Assembly: GCA_013115145.1 (NCBI GenBank)
Contig: JAAPAO010000138.1
Coordinates: 1,243-65,242 of the forward strand
Length of the DNA: 64,000 nt
Direction: 5' to 3'
Source: Perkinsus chesapeaki ATCC PRA-425
Lineage: Eukaryota; Protista; Perkinsozoa
Translations under genes and position numbers: made by a program
Part shown: positions 1 through 12,146 of the stretch, in pieces
How the letters are laid out: each line of letters opens with the position of its first letter
Position numbering within the stretch: the first letter of the stretch is position 1
The notes under the pieces: generated by a model
The model's database searches: none
What the model saw: the letters and a program-made list of their open reading frames with translations, nothing else
What the model was told of the DNA's origin: nothing

Positions 1-8
1 CCACGAAT

Positions 9-829
9 TTGATTGAGACGGTTAAGGAAGAGGAATTCGAGGGAAACGAGGAAGAGGTCGATTCTCAAGTTGCGGCACCTCTAGCAGAGATGCTCCCAGA
101 GGTCTGCCTTCTATGTGAAGAGTCGATGAGCAGCAGCGCTACCTTAGCCGTGACGAGAGAGAGACAAACCTGGTTGAACGTGATGTTGAGTATTGGACTT
201 CCAGCGGCTGAAGCAAACGAACGCTTTGTGAGGGCTCATATCCGAGAGTTACGGCCGCGGTGGCTCCGGATTGAAGTGGACACAGACGCCAGGCGTCGAC
301 ATCGTGAGACGTTCCATTTCCATGGGTCGGTTGATGTGAAGCAAGGGGTTTACACTGAGCTGTCCCACGGCGGGAAAGAGATGATACTGGTGCTTGCCAA
401 GGCTCAGAAGGGTGAAGAATGGGATGGTGGGATAGCCAGCAAGGCTGACGGTCTTACTCAGGAGGACACACACTCCGGTAATTGACGTACTGTTAGCAAC
501 ATCGATGTTTTTGATCAGTTGTTGTCGAGCCAGGGTTGGCGAAGTCCGGTGAAGGTGAGGCTGCAATTAGTGTGCCGGAAGACCCAAACCACGCTGAGCG
601 AGGTAACGCTATACGCATGTCTACTGTTCTTAACGAGTGGTTCCAAAAAATATGCTGTAGCTTAGAGCGTCAGTGCTCCGCCTTTTCAGACGAATCAGAC
701 CAAGCGGGCACGAACGAGCTGGACGTGGAACCTTCAAACCAGAAAGCCCCGGAAGAGTCGAACCCAGCTGCGGCATTGCTTGGTCAAAGCCTCCGGCTAA
801 GATCGACATTACATTGGGTTTTGCTGTGA
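9..829 (+). CDS. Hypothetical protein, probably 5'-truncated by the window edge
   Basis: ORFs 9-485 and 536-829 join in frame through a short GT(AATT)...CAG intron (HS|VVVEPGLAKSG). No recognisable domain. Confidence 0.4.
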
Positions 830-903
830 GCATGAACGTGGGCACTCCCTTCTTCTAGTGTGTTGGTGCTGTTGTCGTTGAGTATCATACAGTTTCATTT
901 TCG

Positions 904-974
904 GGTCTGTCAGTGCAGTCTCCAGTGTCGTGCTAATAACGCTAGACTCGCAGGTTCGAGCCATGCATCGCCCA
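904..974 (+). pseudogene. Degenerate tRNA-Ile(AAT) pseudogene
   Basis: 928-974 TCGTGCTAATAACGCTAGACTCGCAGGTTCGAGCCATGCATCGCCCA matches the 3' 47 nt of the intact tRNA-Ile at 24034-24107 with 5 mismatches. The 5' acceptor strand and D-arm are decayed. Confidence 0.8.
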
Positions 975-1384
975 TATGGGTTTAGCATACGTTCTTTGTT
1001 GGTTTCCGTGCCTAAGGCGCACACTGATTTGGACATGTCACCTTAAGACTGGCTACTAGCCAAACTCTAGCATTAGGCCTCAGTTAATCAGTGGAATTTG
1101 AGTTGATGATGTCTCTGACTACGTTAATGAAACAAAAACAATGAATTCACCGAAAATGTTATAAGCCTTTACGTTAGTGTTGGCATTAGCCGGCTGGGCA
1201 ATCTACCAATGAACCGGACAGTTGAAGGCCCCAGTTTCACTCCGTCTACGGCAAACTCTGTTCGTTACGCGACTGAGATAATCGGGGTTCACGAGGACCT
1301 TTCGAGTGGGATTCACCACAATTGGTTCACCGTTGTTTACCATTGCGAAAATGAGTAGCAGACTGCTTGTGGAGTCGCGTCCTC

Positions 1385-3902
1385 ATGGGTTACTGTCTAC
1401 TCTCGACCGGTTGTGGGGCTCCCACACTGATAACATGAGTTAATCCTACTCATACTCTAAGATGTGCTCAGTCTCTGGCAGGCAGAGGCATCTGCTAGAA
1501 TTACTCTTCCCGAGTGTTCGCCGCCCACCTGTGTCCCACCATTTGTGAACGGGGACATGATTTTGTGCGCATGTTGGACTCGCCGATTCGCGCAGCTGAT
1601 TCGTAATCTGTCGCTCACTCGGAAATCAGTCGTAGATGAAGAAGATGCCCGGGTCGTCAATGCTATTCTCAAGATTCTCATTTTGGATGGTGTTGTGAGG
1701 GAGGGGGGCCAAATCCTACTCCATGCCCCCTCTACAGTGCTGCTATTTGAATTCTCGCAAACTTAAGATCACGATATCTTTTTGCTTTCCAGAGCCTTTG
1801 CGGCATATCTCTGTTCTCCGGTCGGGGAATTATGCCGGCAGTTGCGAGCCTCCGTGGTATATAGGAGCTTATTGAGGTGGTGTTAGTTCTTCGTTTAAGG
1901 CAATGAGCTTATCGTTGGTCCTTCTGAGCGCAGACGATAGCTCTCCGGCGAGCTTCAAGAAATACCTTCGACCCTCGAACTTGGTGCCTAGCTGGAAGCA
2001 GTGCCGTAAGGCGGTGAAGAGAGCTATCGGTGAGACCGCCACAGCTCCGCTTGAGGTCGAGTTGCCTCTCCCCACCAGTCCAGGCGATTTCGACTGGCGT
2101 ACCTATGTGGCCAACCACGAGTGGTGTGATGAACTCCTGCGTTATGGGGGCCTCACTCGAGCAACATGTCGAAGACATCGAAAGACGAAGGATTACCATC
2201 TATTCCTCTTCGGTGTGGATGGCTCCAGTTTTATGGTCACTACCAATACTCTCAGAAGGGTAGATACCAGTGGAAATGAGAGGGTCATCAAGTACAGCGA
2301 TAAGGCAGTGAAGATAGCGTTCCGAGAGGCTCTCGAGGGTATTCGCAAGGGAGCTAAGCGCGGAGCACCGGGGGAGTCGGAGGGCCTAGTGGCGCAATTT
2401 AACGCTTCAATACGGGACATGATGGCTGATTTCATAAAGGACGTTATCATTGGCGTCCCGTTGGGAAGCCCGAAAAGTTCCGATTGGGTGAAGCTGGTCG
2501 ATAATCCTGAAGTGATAAAGGTGGAGGAGGATGATAGGATGATACCTAAACTGGTTGACACAGTAAGCTGGGTTCGATCATCGCTGGCGCTGTATCAGCG
2601 ATGTTGGACAACAAGTTATACTTTCCTTCGTCAGGATCTGCAGGCTCGCTGGGTCGAATATGTTCGAGCGAACTTTAAGATTATGAGGATGAGTCAGACC
2701 CAAGCTGAAAGGCTCGGTCAATTGAAGAATGACAACGCTCAGGCAGCATCGAACACTGAGGATCTGCCAGCCATGGCAGCTAAGGTAGGTTGCCTTCAGA
2801 AGTACTTCTGGTTCTGTGCGATACCGTTGGAAGCTGAAATTATTTGTGCATATTCCTGTTTTGCTTTAAGATCAGTCGCCAAGCTCCGCTACTGCCAGTT
2901 CCAAGTCTCGAAGCCAAAACCGACGTTGTTCTCGAGGCTGGCCAGAGAGTGTCCATCCGCCTTCAGCCCGGTGTGGTGTCATTCAAACCTTTCGCCTTTT
3001 TCGTTCACGTCGCAACGGATGAATGCTATGGATATATCCAGGTGTCGCAGGCTCCCTATGATGACGAGCCTCTCCTGCAGTCAATATCACCCACTCCGAC
3101 TGCAACCCAGCGGTATGAAAGCACAGATGCCGACAGGGCCCATCTGCGTAGTGACGATGCGCGACCGAGACGCCAGTTGGCACTGGACACTCCGACTATT
3201 ACCGAGGTAGCCGACATTCCCAGCCTGAGCCGCGACGAGTTCATCCTGTGCCGAATGGATGACGGCGTCGACTACTGCGAAAATTCTACAAGTCGTGGGT
3301 GGCAGCTGAGCTGTCACGGAAATGACGATCCTCAGGAACCCTTAGTCTGGCACGGTGCGGAATTCACTCTCAAGCGATCACAGCTACAGACTTTCGGAGC
3401 ACAGAAGGTTTTGCTGAGACTTCAAGAGCTTGAGGGAAATTTGAGCATTGGGCTATCTGAATGCGATGATCTCCTGTGTGTGTGCCGGCGGAAATATCCC
3501 GGTGGTAAGCAAGGGAAGAAATGTTGTCGAAAGGCCGTTGGATTCAACAGCGATGGGGTCAAGTGGAATCGGGGCAGGCCTGTTCAGATGAATACTGGCA
3601 ATATACAACAGGGAGACCTCTTAGCCCTGGTACTGGTTTCCGCTGGGTCCGACAAATTCGCTCGAGTCGAAGTCGGCGTTTCACGGCATCATACCCCTGC
3701 GGTGGTCTTGCCTGTAAAACTAGAGTCAGATGCACCGGCAGGTGGCAGACTTGTATTGAGAGCTAGTGGACGCTTTACTATTGATCTCCTACTTGGCGAA
3801 GGTTCAAGTAGCGAGGCTTCCCGTGCACCTCTATGGCAGGCTCTTCCTTTGCTTAAGGAGGAGCCCGAAGCAGAGTCCGATTGTGATATGCCTGATGCTT
3901 GA
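1385..3902 (+). CDS. Large hypothetical protein with a possible C-terminal SPRY/B30.2-like beta-sandwich
   Basis: Long ORFs 1464-1766, 1903-~2782 and ~2870-3902 are separated by GT-AG introns. C-terminal LSIGLS...AVGFNSDGVKW...IQQGDLLALVL resembles SPRY. Start is uncertain. Confidence 0.55.
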
Positions 3903-4405
3903 GCTGTGTCTCGTTTAGCCAAGGTTAACATTTTTGTCTCCTTCTGTGCTCACAATTGATTCCTTGAGTCGCGACTGATTTCGCCGGTGAAGTCAGTCGC
4001 GCCTCGCAGTGGTCAGTCGTCGGAGTAGTTTAATAGTTTTATTCCAGGACCTTAAGTTGCGTTGTCAGTTAGGTCAATAGGCCGAAGCTGGGCATAACCG
4101 TTCCCGCTACTTAGTGTTACGGTCGCTCGATCACGTACTTTACACTAACCAGGTGTTCGCCGTACACTTCAGTTGTTATGGTTGACTGCTATTAACTGGC
4201 AATCATTTCACTATGACTCTGTGCCGGTAAGGCCCGTTGTATTCCTACCTAATTTAGCTAACCTATAGCTCGGATCACATAGGAGTAACCGATCAGCTCA
4301 CGTTCTCGAGCATTAGCTGAGCCACGGTCAGCCAAACGTAGCTCAGGTCTGTGATGGGTTACTAATTTTCCCCGCGAGTTGAAACTTGGTCTCCACTTGA
4401 CCTAA

Positions 4406-5089
4406 ATGATCCTTCGAATCTTGCTCATCACCGTCCTGCTAGCCCCTGGTGGTATTTCCTCCCCAACACTTGCCTACGATGTGGGTAGCGTTATCGAATT
4501 GGACGTGCCGAACCGGACGATGAATCATAAGCAGGTACGAATATCTGCTCGAAAGACAGCTCACTTTCTACTTCAGTGTTCAATCTGTTACCTGCCCGCG
4601 CGGGCTGGGGCCTCCTGGCGCTGCAGCCTACAGAAACTTCCCTCAGTAGTTCTTATTCCCTTTGAGGACTCTCGGAAGGGACTGGCCCTCACTTTAGAAT
4701 GCAGTGGCATGCGCTGGAGCACCTCGTGGAATGCAAGTGGGGGTTTGCCTAGTGAATTAGTGTAGTGCTTTGCCTCAGGTGCCCCGCCCTACCTCTCCAG
4801 GCTCATCTTCAGCGAATCTGATGCGGATCGCTTGCGTCTGGCACCCCCACAACAACTCACTCTCGTCGCTATTTTTGGCATTGTCATTTGGGTCGTATTT
4901 GCATGTAGCTCCTCGCACTTCCGATCGACCGACTCCTGTAGTCCTTCTCCATGGACGGTCATTGTCCACGCACATGGCCGAATCAAAACGGCTCACGTTC
5001 CGCCAGCTTTCCGTCTCACCCAAGCGTCCCTGGATGAATTCGTGCGAAGGAACCGGCCTCAAGTCGAGTACGCCGCGATGTGTACATGA
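4406..5089 (+). CDS. Hypothetical type I membrane protein
   Basis: Signal-peptide-like MILRILLITVLLAPGGISS and a TM helix LTLVAIFGIVIWVVFAC in a later exon; short introns. Confidence 0.45.
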
Positions 5090-5262
5090 GGAACTTTTGC
5101 TGCATGACGTCGTACAATAGTAGTTGTCGATAACTCCGAGTCAGATATAGCTTTCCTGGCTCGAGAGCATCCTCGTTTCATCCATCCCCGGTGATATGTT
5201 AACATTCTCAATCCAGCCCGGGGTGCCTAGGGAGCTTCCACCACAACAGACTCAATCATTTG

Positions 5263-8200
5263 ATGGTGAAGTCACAAAAGCCCCCGCTGTCACCCGCCGT
5301 CCTCGCCTCATGCACGGATGATCTTGAGAGCTTTAAGAAGATGCTCAAAGAGCACAGCTCGTCGATTCGACAGCACGACACACGCCGCGACATATCGAAT
5401 CAGCCTCCCAAGCGAGACAGGTTCACGGCACTGCTGGGCGTCATCCTCATAGTTAGTCTCGTGGTACCTTACTACCAGGCATTACATTTCAACTCCTATC
5501 AGAATGGCTATCACATGGATGATGTGGTTGGGGTGTAAGTAATGAAAACCCCTACTACCCTAGTACACCATTGCGGGGCAGGTATAAAAACAAGGACGTC
5601 ACAGGCTCCTCTGATGAATGGTCATGGTATAATCTCGCCAGACACGACTACTGGGGCTTGGACATGTTCTCGGGTAGCCTGCCGCGCCATTAAAAGTCAT
5701 GCATGCCCATCCGAGTGGATGGAGCCCCAGGCTCGCTTCCGTGCAAGCTGCGCTCCTTTCAGGCGAATGGACGCACAAGTCGTTCCGGCCAGTGACAACG
5801 CTCACATTTAGACTTAATTATCTTCTCTCCGGTCTGGACACGTCCATGTTTCATCTTACGAACATCCTTTTGCACTCGATCGCCTCTATTCTCGTCATAC
5901 CTGTTGGCACCTCCGTAATGAAGATGAACCTCCGGTGAGCAACTGGAAGATGTTTCATTCCGCCAAGGTTATTCCTCTCAGCGAATCGACACTCTGTAGC
6001 ATACTGTTTGCCGTCCACCCTGTTCACACTGAGTCCATACTCTACCTGGTTGGTAGGGCAGATGTCCTGTGCCTCTGTCTAATGCTCGTGGGTATTCTTG
6101 CATGGGAACGTGACTGGAGGCTCTCCGCGTGGCTTCTGGTAACGGAATTCGGTTCTGCCGCCTCGATAGGAGCTTCCATCACTATTTTCAGGCTATCCTG
6201 GCGGGTCTCTCCAAGGAACTGGGTTTCATGCTCTTCGGTGTGTACGTAGCCCAGGATCTACTCTTAAAACATATCCGAGGCCGCACCATTCTTAATCTAG
6301 CCATCGGGATTGGAGTGATGGCTTTGAGGCATTGGTATGTCCGAGGTGGAATTTCCGCAGACTTTGCCGGTCTACCTTCCAGGTACACGGAAGGTTCTGC
6401 GTTGAGAATGTCCCCGCAAGACAATCCGATTGCATTTGAATCTGATGCTACCGGCCGGCGCCTTTCTTTCTCTTTGATTCACGGGGAGTACGCTGAGCTA
6501 TCCTACGCTATTCAGCTTTTTTCCACTCTATAGATACATGAGGCTGCTGGTATTCCCGAGGTTTCTTTGCTATGACTACTCTCTGGATACTTTACCGCTG
6601 ATGTGCGAGTTCGGCGATGTGCGATTCCTCGTTGCTCTCACCGCGTAATTCCCCAGTCACGCACTCACAAGCTAATTGTTGGGGCACCTGCCCCTCGCAG
6701 TTACACCACAGTGGCGTCCACTGCAAGCCTTGCTTTGGCTTTGAACCTGCGTGGCGTCGTCCTTGCTGGAGCATTCTTCCTACTGTCCTTCGTTCCGATG
6801 TCCAATGTCCTTTTCCCTGTCGGTATGTGGGATGATACGCAGCTCCGCAGTGGCCATGTTGCCTCAGGCACGGTTGTCGGTGAACGCCTGCTTTATATTC
6901 CATCATTCGGTTTTTTGGCGGTACTGTGTGGCATAATTCCTAAGAAGTTTCACATAGCAATGTTGCTCGTATGGGGTTTGATGTTGGTACGCACGATTAA
7001 GCGCGTCGATGACTGGAAGACTGCCGATCACCTCACCCTTGTAGACGGGTATACTACCCAACTCGGTTATAGTTGATTCCTTCGACTGGTCAGATATGCT
7101 AACCTCAAATCTGCTAAGACTCAGTTCAACCTCGGCGTTCGCTATTTCTCCACGGGCGACGTAAATTGATTCGCTCAAGAAGCCAGTCGGACAATCTAAT
7201 CAGTTCGATAATGCCATGGCTGCATTCGAGAGAAGCTGGAGGTCTGACCCAGAAGAGAGAGATGCGATAGCTTTCTGGCGGGCCGGACAGATTGAAATTA
7301 TTCGTGGAAACTTTGCCAGAGCACGCGAACTCCTGACTGGTAGCCTCAGTTCGTAACCACGAGACTTGTAAAAAAATCTTAAGGTGCCACAACCAAGTAC
7401 GGTGCCAAACTAATGGTTAAAGAGGAAGAGGTCTTTCACGATGCAGCGGTGGCGTGCTTTCATGATAACAGGAGGATCGAGGAGGCCATGTGTGTTTCTA
7501 TAATAAGCTTTGCTACTATAACGACATTCTTAGGTATTATATGACAGCTGCTCTGACTCTCAATCGAGACTTTCCCAAAGCACTCAACAACCTGGGGTGC
7601 ATTCAATGGGCAGCTGGTGACAGAGAAATGGCGTTGAACGCGGTAGCCGAGGCTGCAGAATCTGCGGTGGACAACGTCATTTATTGGGGAAATCTGTGGG
7701 CCCTCAGCGAGCTCGTAAGTGTGATCCTGGTCGAGAGAAAGCCTTCCCGAATAATATCGTACTGGTCAAGCGGGTTCTAAGGTTTATAAAATTCCTTGTC
7801 AAATTTCCCTAATGCTTATTCGACTTCTGTCGTGTGAATCCATAGACGAGAACACCACTTTATCCATCAGGGAAGATTTCGGTCTCGTATGTCTCAGGCC
7901 GGTTATCTAGATGTTGCTCAAGTTGCCAAAGCACGAGCCTTGGATATTCAAGCAGACTTCGTACCGAATAGTGATTGTACATGGGAATTCATGCCTGACA
8001 AGGGAGGTCCTTAAAAGTTACACCAGTGTTGTGTTGCTTTCGAAGTCAAGTTCTCTGAATCCTACGCACGAGTCGTGGAGGAGCATTGCCCGACGTGCTA
8101 CTCCACAGAATATGTGCCAGGCTCCGATTTTGTGATGGACGGGAGTCGAGCGAGTGCAGCCTTACACTTAAAATGTGTAGCGTTTGCTGTCTTGTATACC
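5263..8200 (+). CDS. TMTC: TMTC-family protein O-mannosyltransferase (multi-TM GT-C plus TPRs)
   Basis: Motifs HKSFRPVTTLTFRLNY, FHLTNILLH, LFAVHPVHTES...VGRADVL, LSKELG, ERLLYIPSFGF and TPR LNRDFPKALNNLG. 3' end approximate. Confidence 0.9.
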
Positions 8201-8351
8201 AGACCGTGTGTTGCGCAAATATGTTTATACGTTCTTCACTCAATAACGTCAGAGGAGAGAAAATGTGATGAAGAGGTGGTGTCCATGGAGAACACAGGAA
8301 CAACAAGATCTCCAAGATTATTACGGACCCATTCCCTCGGAGGTACAGTAT

Positions 8352-11300
8352 TCATTCAACCACACCGTTCTCCTGGCCGAGAGCTTGACACTCGGAGGGA
8401 AACGGCACAAGTTTCACATAAGAAACCTCGCCACTGGGACTGGACGACAATCCAGGGCCAGCACGCAATGTACAAAGAGAGCTCTGTTCGCATGTGATCC
8501 CCTCGCAGGAGGGCTGTGCGCGACAGAGCTCTTCTGCCTCGGTCAGTGGCAGAGATCTCCGTTCAAAGGTCAGATTTGGTATGAATTCCCCCTCATGTAC
8601 TGTGTAGCACTGAAGGAGGCCGGCATTCTTCTGAGGCTGCCCAAGACTCGTCTTCGGTGAGCAATCTGAGGTCTTGATGTAGCTGACCTCATTCGTTGGA
8701 CTCGCAACCTGATACAGTATTGCACAATTTTGCATAGAGGACCACGCTACTCCATTGCCGCTGGATCTAAGGGTACATTGCCGAGAGCCAGCCTCGCACG
8801 TGATACCCGCACATTCGGCGCCAGCCCAGTAACAATCAACCGCCGCATCTTCAACTTTACTGTATGAAACATCACCCTTTTCCGTAAAGCCCGGCAGGTA
8901 TGAAGTATCACTTCGGCGATAGCAAGTATCCAAAGTCGAATTACGGAACCTGGCAAGAGAGGGTTCGAGTCGCTGCCAGCCTACCTCGTGGGAAATTTCC
9001 GTGGGGCTTCCTGTCTCACGGTCGAATTATCCGCCTATCACTTTGATGGAGTTCATCGCAGCGCGCATTAGAGTCGCACGACAACACACCGATAGCACGG
9101 AGGCTGCTGGTTACCTGTAGGGACGGGGCGAGAACTTCAACGTATACAGGGCTCACCCGTTCCAACATTGATCTTAAGAGAGGGGCGGGCATAAGGGGAT
9201 CAAACCGCCACAGGGCCGCTGCATGGACGGCGGCTTTCGGGAAGATCATGCCTGCAGGACACAGAAGGCTCGGCCGTGCTTGCGGATGTGGCAGCGGTAC
9301 CAAGCAACGCTACGCCGAAAGGCTCATCCATCTCTCTTGACCACATCAACGGAGCCTTTGGCAGCATGTTCTCTCTTTGCGCAATCGAAGAATCTGCCGC
9401 CCCACATTGGAACCTGTTGGCGCTGTGATGAACTCAGAATTGAGTGAGCCGCTCAATCGAAGCACCGCTACTTCTCCAGGAACATGTCCGTCCACATAGC
9501 AGTCTCGCCTCCCAGAATCCTCTCGGGTACTCCCTCGCTCTCTCTCCGAAGGACCTACAAACTTTAAGCTCGGCGTGCCCGCATATAGGAGCTCTCACCA
9601 CGCCACTGCCTATCCACGTTCGACCTGAGTCTGGTGTGGCGAGCTCGAACGCTCCGGCATTCCCTCGAAATATGATGGACATCGTTCGATCGGAGTGCCT
9701 CGCCTGCTCATGAATGCCCCTTTATCATTATATCTAAGACGCCCACCCATCGGCCCTTGCGTCCGGGGCAATCAATGGTACCACCGCCATCTAGATGCAT
9801 CTGACAAATGTATTTCTTGAAGGCCGGTGGCGACACAGTCGACGACAAGCTGAAGAGCTCGTGGGCATTCGAAGAGGCACCTAGGACGACCGTAGCCCTA
9901 CTCGCCTCACTTAAGTGGTACTTGGGCGGAATTCTGGAGGGCGCGATATGTCCCACCAATACTCGACAAAGGGAGTGTTGGGGTAGTCCAGATAGGAGCG
10001 CTGATTGTTGGAGACGATAACGGAATGCCCTGAATTACAGCGAGTATAGAATTCTGGGCCTCGAGCATCTCACTGGTTTCCGTCATGACATCCGACGCCT
10101 TATGCTTACTCCACACTTGAATCACGGCCTCTGGAGTCTGAGAGAACGCCCGTAGAGTCCGAGGCAGCCCATGAATCTACTCCAGATGCTGCCGCATCAG
10201 CCGTTATCCCGCGCTTCCAAACCAGCTCCTCCCACGCCATCGGCTTCTTGCCCAGAGACCGCAGATGCTCCAGAACGAACATTTCTAACTGGCAACGTGG
10301 AAAAGGCGATGACTCATACTTGTCAAGGTTTCCGCACAGAGCAGCTTACGGAAATGATGTTATCCATGTTGCAGAGGCCAACAGGCTCAGTCTCATCAGC
10401 GCCAATGTGGAAATATTTGTCGGGGAAAAGCGATGCCAATGCGGTTAGAAGACGGCCAAGGACCTGCTCGCAACTACTTTGACTAACTCGCCGACCCTTC
10501 CGCTGACATCTCGTGTCATCCCTTCTTGGTCATCGTAAAGTTTCGTTGCATCCTGTGCATGGCGAGCACCGGAAGACCGACAGAACTGCATGCCGGCACC
10601 CTCTAGCGCCTCCAGGGACTGATCCAAGCCCTGGCGACTAGCATCGGATGCCGGAATGCTACGTTCACGTGCCCCGGAACGTCGACTTCTGGTACTACTC
10701 GCACTCCTCTGAGGCGTGCGTATTGTATAAACTCCGCAACTTCCTGCAGGGTCCATCGTTCGCCCTGGAGAGAGAGTCTGGTAGTAGCGATCCAGCCGCT
10801 ACGTGGAGGTCTCACGTCCTGTCCGAGGGAATTATGAAAGCCCGGCACCTCGATGGCGAAGCGACAAAAATCATTCAAGTGAAGATGGATCACATTGAGC
10901 CTGCTAGCTGCCATACCGTCAATGATGTCCATGGCTAACGAAAGCGGGATGAATCTGGGCAAGGAAGAAGGAAACAGCGAAAACGTGAAGGGTGCACCTC
11001 CTGCCCATGTCAAGCATGAGGCCTCGCCAACCGTATTCTGGGCCATCGATTACTGACATTGTGTCCCATGGCGCACTGCCTCGGATGAATAGCTTCCACA
11101 CTGTATCGAGACCATAGAGAGCACCGAATCTGGTAATGCTGATCGGAGCACCACGACAGACTTCCTTCCTTACACCGTTCGTGATATAATGACACAACCT
11201 TCCTCCGAGCAGTTGAGCTCGAAACTTTCGTCCACTCCGAATTGCAATGTAGAAGTCCCTCCGTCTTCTACTTCCACGTGAATACGCCGGATGAGTCTAT

Positions 11301-11939
11301 CGTTAGCCCCCTCAGTGGGCCTCGCCGTGCAGTGGCCCTTCATAATAGATTATTTTTAGAGTGGCTTTGTGTGTTCGTACCAACTTCCATCTGAGCTGCT
11401 CAAACGCGACCTCTAGCACTGAACTTCCCTCGAAGTTAGCGGTCATGCTCAGCTCCGACGAAGTAGCGATCCGAGTTGGGCCATCTCCCTCCCACCATTG
11501 TTTCTTTGGCAACGGCGTCAGGACAATACCATCCCAAACCTTAGCAGCTTGCTCTAGCTCAGCTGCATTACAGTGAGCTTCGCGAACAAGAGCCCTGTGG
11601 TCATGAGTCTGTGCACTTGGTGACACATCGGGAGGGGCCTCAACGGCCCCGTTTGCCGATATGCTATTTTGTGACATTCCCTTCTGTATTGCGGGAGTAG
11701 CCCTAGTGGTCGGCATCTCACTTAGCCATGTCGCATAGATGATGCCCTGCATCTGAGTTGGGGAGCCCTTCACGGTCAGCCATATTGCGCAGACACTCGC
11801 TTACGCAGATGAGCAGCACTACAATGCCAACGAAAGTCCACAGCAGAGAGTGAACCCTTGGATCCTCGATATCTCGATTGGCACGACGGGATTTCGTAAG
11901 TCGATCCCCGCGTTTTCTCGGTATCATTTCGATAGTCAT
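8352..11939 (-). CDS. GH20 beta-N-acetylhexosaminidase with N-terminal TM anchor and C-terminal Cys-rich PAN/apple-like repeats
   Basis: DGPEYGWRGLMLDMGRR, RLNVIHLHLND, GVRVVPEVDVPGH, catalytic YFHIGADE (~10390-10420), and TM LLWTFVGIVVLLICV near the start. Confidence 0.9.
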
Positions 11940-12146
11940 AAACCGTAACCACTGTCTCTTGTCGACGGGTGGTTCGGGTAGATATCCCCAACTGGTAGTA
12001 GCGAATCACTAACAATGCAAGACTGAGCCTGTGGTCGGAGACGTGTGACTGCGACAATGATTAAATCATGCTCTAATAGCTACTAATAACAATAGTCGTG
12101 AATACATATAAAGATCGCATACGAGCAGCAGCTGATAGCAACCGAT

